DNA of 64,000 bases from Vicugna vicugna (GCA_013265495.1 MU058444.1:1984001-2048000); one strand, 5' to 3'. Positions 27,901-43,000 are shown, counted from the first letter of the stretch. The notes: generated by a model from the sequence alone, not told the origin. Made by a program: numbers and translations.

Positions 27901-30900
27901 ATGCGATTCCCTAGGTTAAGGGAAAACAAAGCAGCCCCCAGAGATTCAAACAATTAATTTAAAGGTGGGATGGAGCCGTATCCAAATCATAGAGAAGACA
28001 TGAAGGTTTGCCCTCGAGTGTGCACATTTGAAGAGGGAAAGAGAACCACCCACTCAGACACAGCAGGCACCTCCTCCAGAAAGCTGTCGGGGGGGGGCGG
28101 GTGTGAACGTGAGAAAGGCTGGTTTAGGAACTGCGCCTCTTTCTGGGCCTGAATGGTAACCGTGCATCTGTGAGATCGAGCTATGATCAGTCTTTGCAAG
28201 ACGGGTCCCCAGGGCCTGACGTCACTGCCAGGTCAGAAGGTGATGTCACCATCCAAACTAAGGCCACAGCCCTTTTAGGAAATAAACACCTTGGCCCCAT
28301 GCCGTGATACTGTCACACGAAGTACAGCCTGCGGTCAAAGTCCTTTAATACCGTGACATGCATTTCAAAAGCTAGAACTGATTTGCTTCCAAGTTCAGGG
28401 AACGCTTAGGAAGGTTTACCTGCTTCGCCCTCTTCCGTGCCTCGTCCAGAGACCTTCCTCTCTCCACTAAGCGCTGGACCACTTTCTCCCATCGACTCTG
28501 GACGCTGATGAGTAGGTTCTTAATGAGGACGACATCTTGTTTCTGACTGAAGTATTTCAGGTGGGTTCCAGTTTTGTCCAGCTCTATTATCTGCTCACGG
28601 TGAGAGTTTACTTCATTGGCAAAGACCTTTTCCAAACAGAAAAAAAAAGGAGGGTGGGGAAGGGTTGTGATCAGAAACAAACAAAAAACGCATCTATCTT
28701 GAAAACGCTTCTGGTATCAGAAGCTGAAACTGCTTCAAAGGACGAAAGAAAAGTGTTCAAACCACCACGTTCAGGCTTTTGCCTTAAAGGGTGTGAGATG
28801 GGAGCGCGACCCACCTGAGACGGAGCCTACCTTGTGTTCGTCGATCTGAAACAAGACTGTGTCCAAGATAAGACTTGGCCGAGAAGCCACATTGAGGGTC
28901 TGCTCCGCCTGGGTGAGCCAGTTGATAAAGTCCTGGAGAGAATTGTGGAACTCCATGGCCAAGGTCAGGGCCTCTTCCAGTTTAATCTGCAAAGACAGAC
29001 TATTAAGTATTTCATGGTATTTAAGTTTTGTTTTTCTTTTCCTTTTTCCATTTTAAGCGCTCTCTGGCAGGTTTTCTTCCTGTCCCTGCTTTATTCGTGC
29101 AGTCCATCTCCCAAACAGTTGTGCAAATACTGGCAAATCAAGTCCCTAGAAGTGGAGTGAGAAGCATCTCACTGCAGCAAAAAAAAAAAAAATTGATAGG
29201 CACTCAAGTCGTGGTTTGGGAACAATTAAACCACAGAACAGAATTGCTAAACAGAATCTATAAAAAGAAAACTTGGATTGTGTATGATTCATTCTGTGGG
29301 TCAAAACACTATGAACACTATACACCGTAAGCTCAGTGTCAGTGAGGGCCTACAATCTGGTATTTCCAGCTTCTCATTTTTCTTACAGCATTAAACAGTA
29401 ATATTTTTAACCCCCTCTCACGGATTTTTATAAATGTAAGTGCTTATTAAATATACAATCATTTCACTCTCTCAGTTTCCCTTTCTCCCTCGCTGTTACA
29501 GACCATCTGCCTTTTGCCTAGTAAGCTTGATTAGAATTATTTAACCACCAAGTATTCGAGTGGTTCACGGATTTTAAAACACACCTGGTAACACTTGATC
29601 TATGCTACACCTTCATCTATGTTTGGATGGATGCCTTCAACTCTGCTCTCCTGGGGTAAGAGAGAATACTCTTCTTCAGCTGACCCCATGAGACGTCCAA
29701 ACGTACACAAAGACAATATAAACACGAATCATTCAGCGCTCCACGGACAAGTCTACTCAGAGAAAAGGCAGAGCCCACGCAATGAAACAACAAACACGTT
29801 CCCTCTACGATATTCATCCAGGCACGTACTTTCCTTTCGTTGAGTTTGGCTTCTACCGATTCCCATTTTTCTCTCAGGTTATTGATGTCCTGGTCAATAT
29901 TTGTCTCGGCAGATTTGGGGCATCTTGCAAGCATCTGCTGGCCTTTCTGCATCAGGTTCTTGTATGTTTCTTCCTTCACGTGAAAGGCAGCACAGATTTC
30001 CTAAACAGAGATATCCCCCCAAAGTTAGACCATTTTTAAGACAGCACAGTCTCCGAGGTCTTTTTCCAGGTCATCAGCCCCAGGCCCTCATCATACACTC
30101 ATCTCTGTCCAGCACACAGAATAATCCTGACACCCCCGAGCTTTCCACTGCACGGAAGGAACACCTAAACCCGCGGCTGCACCCTGCCTACTGAGAAACC
30201 TCAGAGATGGCGCTGTTGGGAGTCCATTCCATGTGCTGAGACTTACAAGTATTTTTAAATGTTATCAAGAAAGGTTTCACTGTGCGGCAAACAATCAGCT
30301 CTGTGACCTTGGGCGAGTAACTTTAACTTCCCTGAGCCTCCACTGCCACCTCTGTTAAGATGGGTTCTCAAGTTGCTCCTTGGAATGCAATATGATGACT
30401 GCAATTTTTTTTTGGTATAATTTAATTCTGAGCTCAGAAGACATACAGTAGATAGATGATAAAGACCCAGTATAGTGAGACATTTAGGTTGATTGATGAC
30501 TCACACTGTGGACTCACAGAAGCCAAATTGGTGGTACTATGAATATTAGTCTCATTTTCAATATTTTTAAAGCTTTCAACTAGAATGCAGTGAGTATCTT
30601 TCATAGAGAATACAAAAAAAAGAAAAAACCTGCTTAAACAAATTCAGAATTTAAGATAAATGAAACCAGTTATAGTCATGTAGAAAAACTGAGAAAAGTT
30701 CTATTCCATTGATTGAGTCAAATCGCAGCTCCCACTGAAAAATTATATATGAACATTTTCAATTTTATATTTTTAATATTGAGATGTAACCCATAAAATT
30801 CACCATTTTACAGTGTAGCATTCAGTGTTTTTTCAGTATATTCATAAAGATCTGAACCATCACTACTAATTCATTTCTGTTACCTCAAAACTTTGTGATT

Positions 30901-33900
30901 TCTTAAGCCTTAAAAAAAAACACCCTTTCTAAACATATTTACAATATTCTCTGCCAAAAAGCTTTTAATCAAATCAAAGCCAAGCCTCTAAATATAGCTA
31001 AATCTCAGGAAAGTGTAATATTCCATGTTTTCCACTTTCCTTCATTCCTAACACAACCAAATCAAAAACACATTACTAAAACGGTATTGCAAATATCACT
31101 ATTCTTTAGAGTTCTTTAAATCATGGAATTTCTAAAATCGGGCAAATGACATCATCAAATTCATTTTAAACGTCCCACCCAAACCAAATATGCTCATACG
31201 TACTATTTTTCTAAAATAAAATGTTCTAAAGATAAGCTGTGTGTTCCAACTTTTTACTTACACTCTTCTCAATTAAAGTTTAAAGAAGTATTTGTTATTA
31301 TTAGAGAATCACCCCAAGCATGTTTGTTCAAGAACTACTCATTAAACCTGTACCTCGTGGACACTGACAGCTAAGAAGTGCTTCCAGGAGACTAAGGAGG
31401 CACCTGGAAGACAGCCAGCTTCGATGGAAAAGAAAGACACGTGCTCCCAAGTTTAGTCAATTACTTTTCCAGTGAAACAGATGGGTCCCTCATGGCATCA
31501 AAAAAACAATGACAATGAGAAAACCACCTACACAATAATTTTCTAAAACAATGACTAAAGGATCCTAGAAAATTCTACCCTGAATTAATAGGATTTATTT
31601 TTTCTAAAACAATGACTAAAGGATTCTATAAAATTCTACCCTGGATTAATAGGATTTATTTTTTCTAAAACAATGACTAAAGGATTCTAGAAAATTCTAC
31701 CCTGGATTAATAGGATTTTTTTTTCCCCTAAAACAATGACTAAAGGATTCTAGAAAATTCTACCTTGGATTAACAGGATTTATTTTAAGTGCTCATGGCA
31801 ACTGTGACGTGAGTAAGATGTTAGCTCTGTTGTATTTCTTCACAACACCTACAAGGTGGTCACTTCCTCTCCAAATCACCAAATGCAAAATTATTCCCAG
31901 ATAAGTGCAGTTTTATTTGGGTTTTTTTAGGGGGGGCAGTGTTGGGACGACAGAAATTAGATTTTTTAAAAAAATTATGTATTTATTTGTAACAGAGGTC
32001 CTAGGGATCGAACCCAGGCCCTTGTGCATGCTAAGCACATGCTCTACCACTGAGCTAAACCCTCCCCTCAAGTGCAGTTTTCTTGGTAAGATCTTACAGT
32101 AACACCAGACATTACTAAAGGGTACAGACGCTCACGGGCAATGGCCCATTTCTTGCACCAAATCCCTCCGTACTTTTATTTCCTACAATGCTAATCCAGA
32201 GCATTTGACTATTAAAAAAAAGTCATCTGATGTGGCGGCAGGATGTAGCTCAGTGGTAGAATGCATGTCTAGCATGAAGAAGGTCCTGGGTTCAGTCCCT
32301 AGTACCTCCATTAAAAATAAATCAATCAATAAAGCTAATTACCCCCCACAACAAAAGAGTCATCTGATGCAAATTCACCAGTATAAAAATTAGAATATTT
32401 TGCAAAATCTGAAACACGACTGTCTTCTCTTAGAACTCTGCGAGCTGACTGAGAACGGGACATGAACAGGAAATGGATCACAGGTAGTCTGAATGTCACC
32501 TGTCAGTCCCTACTGCTCCGAAAGAAAGCCAGTCTCAAGTTTCGCTGCTTTTCTTTCTTATCCTTAAGAGCCGACAGGACACAGAACACAGGTGGGAACA
32601 GCCTGCAGGCAGAACACTCCAGATCGGACAGGTAGGCAGAAGCCGCCTCCTGTCCAAACCTGCTGGGCGTGAGACTGACGACGCAGCCCCACCACCACGG
32701 AAAGGGGCAGACACATAACTTTAACACAACAAGAACACGTTTTCCAGCCTTCCCGGAAACTAGGGACTATCCGCTTACGGCAATAACCTCTGAAGTCACT
32801 TCTGACTCCTTGAGGGGTTTTTCTTCTCACTCAGGTTGTAACAGTTTAGGATTCACCCCAGTGCTCTATTACTATCCGTACAATGTTTTTATGGGGGAAG
32901 GTTTGCTTCTGAAACCTGCCTAAACTTCTAAAACCCCTTTTCATTTGCTGACGCACTAAGCTTTAAAATAAAGAATAGGTTCTAAAAACCAAATTTCTTC
33001 TGTGTAGCATAGGGAACGATATTCAGTATCTTGTCATAACCTTTAATGAAAAAGAACATGAAAACGAATATATGTATGTATATGCATGACTGGGACATGA
33101 TGCTGAACACCAGAAATTGACACGTTGTAACTGACTATACTTCAATTAATTTTTTAAAATAAATAAATAAAAACAAAAAAATAAAAATAAAGGATAGGTT
33201 CTGACTTTAAGAACGTCATCAATCAACAGCGTGTCTGGCACTGACACACGGAGACGTCTGCCATAAAACTGTGTATCCTTTCAACCTTCTCCCACGATTT
33301 ATTTCTCACCAGGGCCGACACCAAACGGTCAGTTACTTAATCTGAGGCTAGAGCTGGAGGAAATACTGTACTCACCATGTGGGCATTAAGCTGCTCCCTG
33401 GCTGTTTCCGGTAAACCTCCCAGAGGCTTGGAGGCTAAGAGATGCCTCTCCGTGTCCGTCAGCCACTGCTGCAAGTCCTCGATCTCGCCGTGGAACCCTT
33501 TGGCCTGGAGTGAGAGAGAGAGGGAGCTTCAAGTGTGGGCCCCAAACACTGTCATTTTCAAGCAGAAAAGGCAGCCAACCCAATCCCCGCCTGCTAAGCC
33601 CCTCGGCGCGTTCTCAGCGACGGCAGGGGCTGCTGGACGCCTGCCTTTCAGCCTCAGGAGAGCCAGCGATAAGGCTCTCGGGCTAAGAACGGGCGGGCTC
33701 ATTGTCATCGGCTCTGTTCTCTACCCCGCTCATTTTCACTCCCCGCTCTGGGGCGTACACAATTAACCAGGGGTCTGTCAGCCTGAACAGGGATGCCATG
33801 CCGTCCTGGCCTTGAAGGCTAAGGCAGTTTCCAACTTGATGGCTTTTTTTCACCTGGCGCAAGGCACCATCCAGCTGCTGCTTCCTCTGTTCTGTCTTTT

Positions 33901-36900
33901 CCAAAACATTTTGCCAGCGCTGATTTAGAACCTCCAGCTTGTTCTGAAGGTTGCTCGCTTCTTCCCCTGCACTTGATTCAATTAAGTCATTTCCTGCTTT
34001 ATTAACGGCTTCCACTGTGGACTGATGGGCCAATACGTCATTTTGGAGCACCTGAAGATATTAAGATAACACAATGTTTTACCAACGTTTACCAATGTTT
34101 ACAAACTGTTCACCAATGTCGGTTGGTAACACATTAACATCCCTTCTAACACAATTGTCTTGTTTCCTGGTTATGAAACATTCTGAAACAGAAATATCCT
34201 ATACATAGAATCTTAATACTAATAAACTTTTTAAATGAGGGGCTTCTTTTCCTTAACTTTACAGCTTTATTGGATATACCTTCAGTCTACCCACATCCCC
34301 TCAAATGATTATGTTGAGAACATTGCCAGTTCTTCCCATCAGGAAAGCTTTACAATGGATGACATTAAGGATCTAGAGATTATAATTAAAAGGTTCTAAA
34401 AGTATTCACTGGGTTCAAGCTCACTGAATTTTCACGTCATGAGTAAACAATTTGAAAGATACTTATGTCTATATATTCAAATGTAAAATGGATACATTGC
34501 CGTGCTTTGTAATCAGCAACTCTAAAAAGGAAACGGATTATCACAGTGTTCTTTTATCATCTCTGGATTTAAGGGTGTCAGAATCAACTGCTAAGTCGGC
34601 AGATATCCCAGGCAGCCCTAACACTAGAGGGAAAGGCATTTCACCACACAGCAGGGATGTCCAGGTCCAGCGTCCCGGGACTTAGCTGTTGTCTTACTAG
34701 AAAGTACGCACATGAAACACCTATGACAGATCCCAGTAAACGACGCCTTCCTATTCTATTACCCAGTGGAAATAGAAGAAGAGATGAATAATGATCCAGC
34801 AATCCCATTCCTGAGCATACATCCAGAGGGAACTCTAATTCAAAAAGATACATGCACCCCAATGTTCATAGCAGCACTATTTACAATAGCCAAGACATGG
34901 AAGCAATCTAAGTGTGACAGATGACTGGATAAAGAAGTTGTGATATATTTATACAGTGGAATACTACTCAGCCATTAAAAAGAATAAAGTAATGCCATTT
35001 GCGGCAACATGGATGGACCTGCAGATCGTCAGCCTAAGTGAAGTAAGCCAGAAAGAGAAAGAAAAATACCGTATGATATCAGTCATATGTGGAATCTAAA
35101 AAGAGAAAAAAAGAGGAAACTAATGAACTCATCTGCGAAACAGAAACAGACTTGCAGACATAGCCAACAATCTTTTGGTTACCGGGGGAAAGGGAGTGGG
35201 AAGGGATAAATTTGGGAGTTTGAGATTTGCAAATATTAACCACTATATATAAACATAGGTTTAAAAAAAATCAAATTTCTTCTGCATAACACAGGAAACT
35301 ATATTCAATATCTTATAATAATCTTTAATGAAAAAGAATAGGAAAATGAATACATGTATGTATATGCATGACTGAGACGTGATGCTGTGCACCAGAGACT
35401 GACACACTGTAACTGATTATACTTCAATAAAAAAGAAGAAGAGATGAATAACACTTAAATGCAGCAGCACGGGGCTGGAGTGGAAAGTGCGGAGAGCAAC
35501 CTCAAGGCTGAAATCAGTTTCCTGTACCAAGAAGAATGACACTTCAAAGAACAAACAGAGCTTAGTAATCGCTTCCTTTCAAGAAGACTGTGTTATGCTT
35601 TTGCACACCGGAAGAAACCCTCCTCTGACGTGAATAGAAGTCAATGCTGACCCTGCTCTGCACTCCCAGACTTGGGCTGGCAACAGGAAAGAAGAGAAGC
35701 ATCGCCTGCCGCCCTGTGAAGGATGACATCCCACGTCGGGGACACCCAGACCAGGAGGACTTCAGCCAGGAGTCCGGACCAGCTGCGATCGCTGGTTCTC
35801 GGCTACACTCACTCACGTTCCGGGGCACCTGGTGAGGCAGTTTTTCAAAGGCTCTAACATCAACCTGAGTAAGGAGCCATCCTTCTAAAAAGCATGCACT
35901 TTGATATGTTAACGGTAGGAACCGCTTTCAAAAGGTAAGAGTTAAAATCCTCGTGGTCAAAACATGAAAGGGTCATTCTGCAACATTCATGCCTCTAAAT
36001 GGTCGGAGCCCCGCTGCACAAGCCACGGCCTGGGAGCCAGAGAAGAAGGCAGGACAGGGGTGAGAAGGCCCATCCCTTCCTCCGCAGCTGTGCCGGCAAC
36101 TCTGGGGCCTTTAATGTTGACTTTGGAAATGGAAGGAGGGGAGGGGGCATTCCTAACTGCTCAAAGACAGACACACAGAAACTAAAGGCCCCTAACTCAA
36201 CCCCACCAAGATACCCGGACCACCTGCTCATTTCCCACCTCTACCGTATCCTGCACAGCTCCTGTCCCCGATGTATGTGACTTTAAGGACAACTAAGGAC
36301 AGCTAAGTCGATGAAAATGTAAATGCCGTAAACTCAACAGTGTGAGAATGAAGGTTCTGTTCATGTGCAGAGTCAGTCTGACTGGTCATTACTGCTCTGA
36401 GCAAAGGTGTGATACAGACATTCAAGAAAGATAAATGTTAGTGATCCGAAACAAGCCCTAATAGTTAAGCAGACAAGGTTGGGCAAGGACTAGACAGAAT
36501 GAGGTTAAAAAAAAAGGAAGAAGAATTTAAATTAGGGACCAATTACTGTCGGAAAAGTACGAAAGAAAGAGAACTAAAGAATAGTCAAAAACTGTAGGTC
36601 ATGCTCTTAAAGTGCAAAAAACCCTTTGTTTTAAAACAAAGAAACAGTAAACAGTAAAATAATCAAATTTTTCTATTTGATAATCGAGGAAAATTTATTT
36701 AAGATTAGAATTAGGGACTTAACTTTAAATAAGATTCCCCTATAATGTGAATGTTGAAAATTCTATGAAAGACTGTTGAATGTCAGGATAAACTCTACTG
36801 GGCATAACCTTTATTCCTCAAGCCTGGTGACTTCACAGAGGGGGAGTTTTCCACCAAGAATTGTCAACCAAGTGCCCCGAAGATGGCAACAATATATAAC

Positions 36901-39900
36901 TGTTTTGCATGTGTCTCAAGATAAAAATTTTCAACTTATAAGCCTTAAGTCAAGCACAGGACATGTGAAAATTCTTCTAAACCTAGTATTTTTTGAAACT
37001 AATTCAGAAAGGAAAGGACTAAGATACAAAAAGCCAATGAAAAGTAAAAGAAAGGAGGAAACAGGATAAACTCCAACACAATAAGAGATGTACAGACAGA
37101 CAGAAATATGTAAGAGAAGCCAAAAAGCAGGCAGTGATGGAGGGGAGGGTGACCCGAGGAAACACACATCCTGCAGTGGAACTGTGACCTGGTCACCCCA
37201 CAGCTTTTAAAACTACGCCACCTCAATCCAAGGACAGGTAGAACCAGGGATTTAAACCTCCAGCGTTGGGCATGCAATCCTCATAGAAACTGAGCCAGAA
37301 ATTTGCCATTCTTGCCTTGACCAAAAAGATAAACACTGATTATAACCTTTTTAAGGAGGCGTGTTTTAGATAGCTCAACCTTCAGTTAGTTGCCAATGTC
37401 CAAAGTGAACTAGTGTTAAAATCATAAACGCACACAAAAGGGAGACGGACCAAACACACCCGGTGATGCTGTGAATGCAGGGAGTTTGCAGTAACAGCTA
37501 CGTACATGATGCTTGGCGAGCTCAATCTCGATGGCCTTGGGGTCTCCCCCGACGGGCTTCTGTTCGCTGAGCAGGCCCTCGGTGTGCGTCAGCCAGGCCA
37601 GCAGCTCGTCCAGAGCGTGCTGGAATTGCCCCAGTGCTAGCAGAGCGCCCTCCAGCTTGTGCTGCAGGAAGAGCGACAGGAAGGGAATCAATCGCCACGT
37701 TCGAGATCATGGATGACACACGTTTATAAAACAAGAGCAAAAAGTCAATGGCGTCACGCTGCATCAGCCTGTAAGCAAATCCAAGGAAGCTCAATCATCA
37801 TATCCTTCTACATTTTAAGTCTTAAATGCTTTCGGGTTAAAAAAAAAATGGCAGGAAAAACAGGAAAAGGTCTAATGAAATAAGAGAATCTAGGGGCTTC
37901 GGAAGTTGATCTACAGGATCACCCAGTCTTACTTTTTAATAGTTATTTGACATTCATCAATGAAGCTGAAGCATGATGATGCCCTCACAAAGGCCTTGGC
38001 AGTTACCTGTCTGTTGATGATCCTCTCGCCCAGACTGTCCCATATCAACTTCAGCTCCATCAGTGGGTCCTGAACAGTGTGCTTGTCACTCTCCTCCGTT
38101 ACTTTCTTCAGCAGAAGCTCGGCCTGATGGTTCAGCCTCTCCATCTCTATCTGTTGTTGGTAAGCCTCTGACTTAAATTGCTATTTTTTAGAAAAGAGAT
38201 ACACAAGGAAAACTTGTCATATGTCAGGAACTTGTAAACAAACAAAAATTCTAGGGGCTACGTCTTGATTCTAATTCACACTTCTTAGTGGGGTGGGGTG
38301 AAGGGGAATAAAAATCTAACAGAGTTTAGTGATGAAAACATTATAGATGAAAAATGATCAAAGAAATCTTTTATTTTTATGCAACATTTTCACATGGAAA
38401 GATGTTTTTCTTTATAATTCTGATATCTCACTTTTGTTCTCTACAATAAAAAAATTAATACATTTTGGGGATTAGCACTATATATAACACTGCTATATAT
38501 AAAATAGATAAACAACAAGGTCCTACTGGGTAGCATAGGGAGCTACATTCAATAGCTTGTAATAATCTATAATAAAAAAGAATATACATATATATACATA
38601 TATATATAAATAAAACTGACTCCCTAAGCTGTACACCAGAAACTAACACAACATTGTAAATCAACTACACTCCAATAAAAAATAACAAATTTCAGGGCTT
38701 AAGTTATTCTAATGTCTAATTATATACAGCCAGTGAGTTTTTAAATTATAGGAAAGAAGAAAACAAAATATATCTTGACATATATGAAACTCAGAAAAAA
38801 TAAATCTCAAAGAAACTCAGTATCTCCTGCTCAAAACACACACACATCTTGCACCCATTGAACTTTATGTGTTTTCTGCAGCTATACTGTTGTTTATTAA
38901 TATCTATTTATCCCTTGCTTCACCCACTGCTGGCTCGGAATAACAATACTCTCTCTCCTGGTGCTCACTGACATATATTTAATCATCTTGGCTTTGCCAA
39001 CAAACACAGGTTAGCCAATGGTTGCTTGTAATGGGAAACTGTCCTTTCATAAAGTATTCATTTTATTCTGGAATACTAAATTATTAAATAGTGAATAATT
39101 AATGGCTAAGCAGTCCCTTAATTTATTCAAGCAAATTAAAATAATTCAAAACTAATAATAAAGATATAGTGAACACTTGCTGTATTCAAGCTGTTCTTAA
39201 CAAACTTGTAAAGAAAATAATCTTACTCCCAAACAATCTAAGGACACAGAGGTGAGAACGGTTAGGTAACTGCTCCGGATGAAGGAGGATGCCATCTGAG
39301 ACACCTGGTTTCAGGGCAAGGACCCCAACCAGTCTGCGATATGCAAACCACTGAGATATTTGCAAACCCTTACATAATCTCTCCCCCCAACCTGTAACTC
39401 CCCCGCACCTGTAACCATACATAAGGGATATCAAGTGTTTACTTCATAAGCAGCCAGAGTTAAAAAAAAAAACAACAACAACAAAATACAGTCTAATAAT
39501 TGTAACAGTAAAGTTCTCAAAAAGAAACATCTTTTCCTAACGAGATATTCTACAAGTACACTTAGAGATGAAAATGCTACAATTTTAAAGCCAGAGAGTA
39601 ATTTTAAGTAGAAATCTAGCAGAGTTCCTTGAAAGGGGTGTGATGTCTCTGAGACTTAAAATCAGGGAGGAAGTAGCTGATCCCACTTTGATAAGCGATT
39701 ATCAGCACAGAGGAACTCAAAGGAAAAAGTCCAGCCTTTTTCACAGCTGGACATCAGGAACCACAAAAGAAAGAAAAATGACAGAGGAAAGCAGACGGCA
39801 AACAAACATTTACAAAACAAACGCTCTGGGAAACACTATTACCCCATCCACCCACGGGACCCTTCTTTTAGCCTGTTAAACGAACTGAATTACTCTGAAC

Positions 39901-40001
39901 ATAAGGAAGAAAATGCAAATATCGCTGTATACGCATCAACAACATAATACACTACTGAATAATAAAGTTATAAAAATCCTCACAGTATGATCTACTTAAG
40001 T

Positions 40002-40042
<41 letters not shown>

Positions 40043-43000
40043 CCATGCCTCACCCTACCCGCAACCTGAGGGTATCTGAAAGGCTATAAATCACATCTCA
40101 AGAGTGGTTGCCTCTGGGTACACAACATTTTGGGTGGCTTTTAAAAAGTCACCTTTTTGCTTCTTTGCATTTTCTGATTTTTCCATAACGAACAGGTGCT
40201 AATTTAGTAAGAAAATCTACTAGCATTTTACACCCTTTATTCAATGAGCACTTACACACTGCTCACTACGTGCAGGCACTGCGTGAAACCAGTTTCATAA
40301 TCAAAATGCGAAACTTCAAGTATGGAGAGTAAATTAAGTTTGCGGAAAGCAGCCGGTGAATCAAGAACTTAAAAACGCAAAGTCTCTGATGAAGTTCTCG
40401 GCACCTCCCCCTACCTTGAGCTCTTCGATCTGCTGCTTGACAGTTTCAAGGTCCGTCCCAATGGGAGACATGGAAGCCAGTTTACCACCTGCAATATCTA
40501 CCCAGTCGAATATTGCCTGAAACACACAGTAGTTCATGTCAGTATCACAGCACATCCGAAAGGACTGCACCATCTCAAGTGTGATGGAAAATAGAATCAT
40601 TAAGTCTATAAAGATGCTATCCCACGAGCCTGTTGTACAAATAAAGGCAGCAATATATGGAAAGTTATCTCAAACGTGAGACACGTGAAGCCTCCAATTT
40701 TGCACCCAAATTTGCGAAAGAAATTCTATCTTAAATGGAATCTTAGAATATTGAGAACTTTTCAGTCCATTTGAGAAAAACTTTAATCAAGTCACGCCAT
40801 GAAATAAAATTCTCTACACTCTCTTATGTCTGTCTGAAAGGCAGATTGTGTCAATACAGTGAAAGAAAAAGCCTCAAATCCATGTGTTTATTCAAATAAT
40901 CAAGAAGTTTATTGTTTGGCACTTGAGGAAACCATTTGTCTCACATAAACCTTTACGCATTATTTAGATTAGCATTAAAATCCTGCACATAGAAAGATTA
41001 GGACCATAAGTCTGAATTGCAACAAAATCTCCTATTTTCCTAGTTCTTTTTCAGTGATATAAACATTCTAAAAAAGACTCCACTCACATTCTTTTCCAGG
41101 TTGAAGACACAAAATTATTTTGTAATTTAATGAAGTTGCCGGCCCATATAGGAAAGAAAAAAAAAAAACCTTGGCAAATATCTGGTATTTTCAAGTTATC
41201 AGTAATGAACCTCAGTACTTAAGCAACAACTTGGAAAATAAAATGTATTTGACTTTACAATCAAACCTGGAAGACTCTGGAGGGTTTGCAAGCTTTCAAC
41301 ATCCAGCTGCAGCCCTTCAAATGATCACGGTCCTTTGTCCCCACAGGTGATGTAGCTAACCCACCGACCAGCAGGACCTGCGGGAGACCTTGTTTTCTAG
41401 TAGTGGGGATGAGACAAACCACAGTGTCCGGCTGTGACCTCCTGAGGGCTAGTGGCCCCTGAGATTTCGGAGGCTGCAGGAGGTGGCAGTGCCATCTTCA
41501 ACCATGCGACAGACACAGCCCCAGTGACTCGCCAAACATATGTGAAAATCACCATCTGGCCCCACAGACAGAGCTGGAACCTGGCTGATTACAGGCCATT
41601 GATAACATAACCAATAAATAATCACTTTGCTTAAAAGCAGGAGGGAGGGCAAGGTTATAACAAGGTGTTACCTGTAGTGAATTTTTTTTTAATGTATTTC
41701 CAGAGTTCAAAACACTTTGCAGCTGGGCATGAAGCCGGACCCATGATATTTATTTTTACAAATATAGAAATGAAGTAGCCTCATAAAAAGGAAAAGATGT
41801 TCTCATCTGAGCTTTAAAAATAATATTCTCTTGGTGTTATGGAAATACTTAGGACTTTTTCCATATGGTGGTTGGATCAACGATTAAACTCCTGCCAGCC
41901 GGTTAGGAAATGGGACAACGTTAAGGAAGGTGGGGAAGAAATATCACTGAGTTGGCCTCGCCTGACAGGAGAATTTTTAATATAAAAAGAAAAAAAGAAA
42001 CTTCAAGACTGGTTAATGAACTGACCGAGAACCCTTAAGGGATGTGGAAAACAACTATTAAAAGGAATTATATATATGGGGAAGAAGAGTACACTTTTTT
42101 ACACAACACAACGTGACATAATAAAATAGATGTCTATTTGAATTCATGGGGACTGCTGGCTTCAAATCCAATTTCTTTACTTCTGACTTGAGCCCAGCTT
42201 GGTGGTATTTTTAGACAGTGTTTACACCTTTCATCTTAATCCACTCAACTTCAGAGCAGAACTCAGACTCAGCTCCACTCCACTGTCTGGTGTCAAGCCG
42301 TTTAGGAAAAATACCGGGTGGGTATATTGACTTTCACTTTGAAAAAAAAAAATTAGAATATTGCTTCTCAAAGTAAATCTCACAGAATGTGTGTGTGAAA
42401 ATGTTCCGAGGTGTGTGTATAAATCTGTACTCATCACAAGGGTCAGAAACAGCTTCTAAAAGGCAAGAGAGGGAATGAAGCAGGTGAGGCAACAGCATCA
42501 CACCTACAGCTCTGGGGCGACCCCAGCACACGACTCTGTGAGCATCACTTAACGTGACCCCTGCCCCACTCCCGGCGGACACTGCGACCCGTACCTGCAG
42601 TCCATCCTGGTACTGAACGGCAGCCTGCATCGCCTCCTCCAGTCTGTCCACCCGGTCTTTCCAAGCTTTATTTAGAGAATCCCACGCTGAATTTAACTAC
42701 GATATAAATATTACAACTCTTTCAGTGTGCTGTGTTAAGTGTTCAACCACTTCTATTAAATATGCTTTAGAGAACAAAATGCTTAAAAAAAAAAAAGAAA
42801 GCCATTCTGACAAGAGTAGAAAGTACGGGAGCTGTACCTCATCTATGCTCTTCTTGACGATGGGTTTGTCGGGCTCCCCACACGCGGCGATGAGTTCAGA
42901 ACCCAGGTTAACGACCATGTCCAGCTCTTCCTGCAGTCCATCAATCTCCTCTCTTATGACCTGGAATAAGAAATGGCAGCCTTAAAAAGGGAAACCCTCC

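Noticed and set aside
31538..31786. Regularly spaced repeats as a CRISPR array
   Set aside because: Head-to-tail tandem units with no unique spacers; mammalian intron
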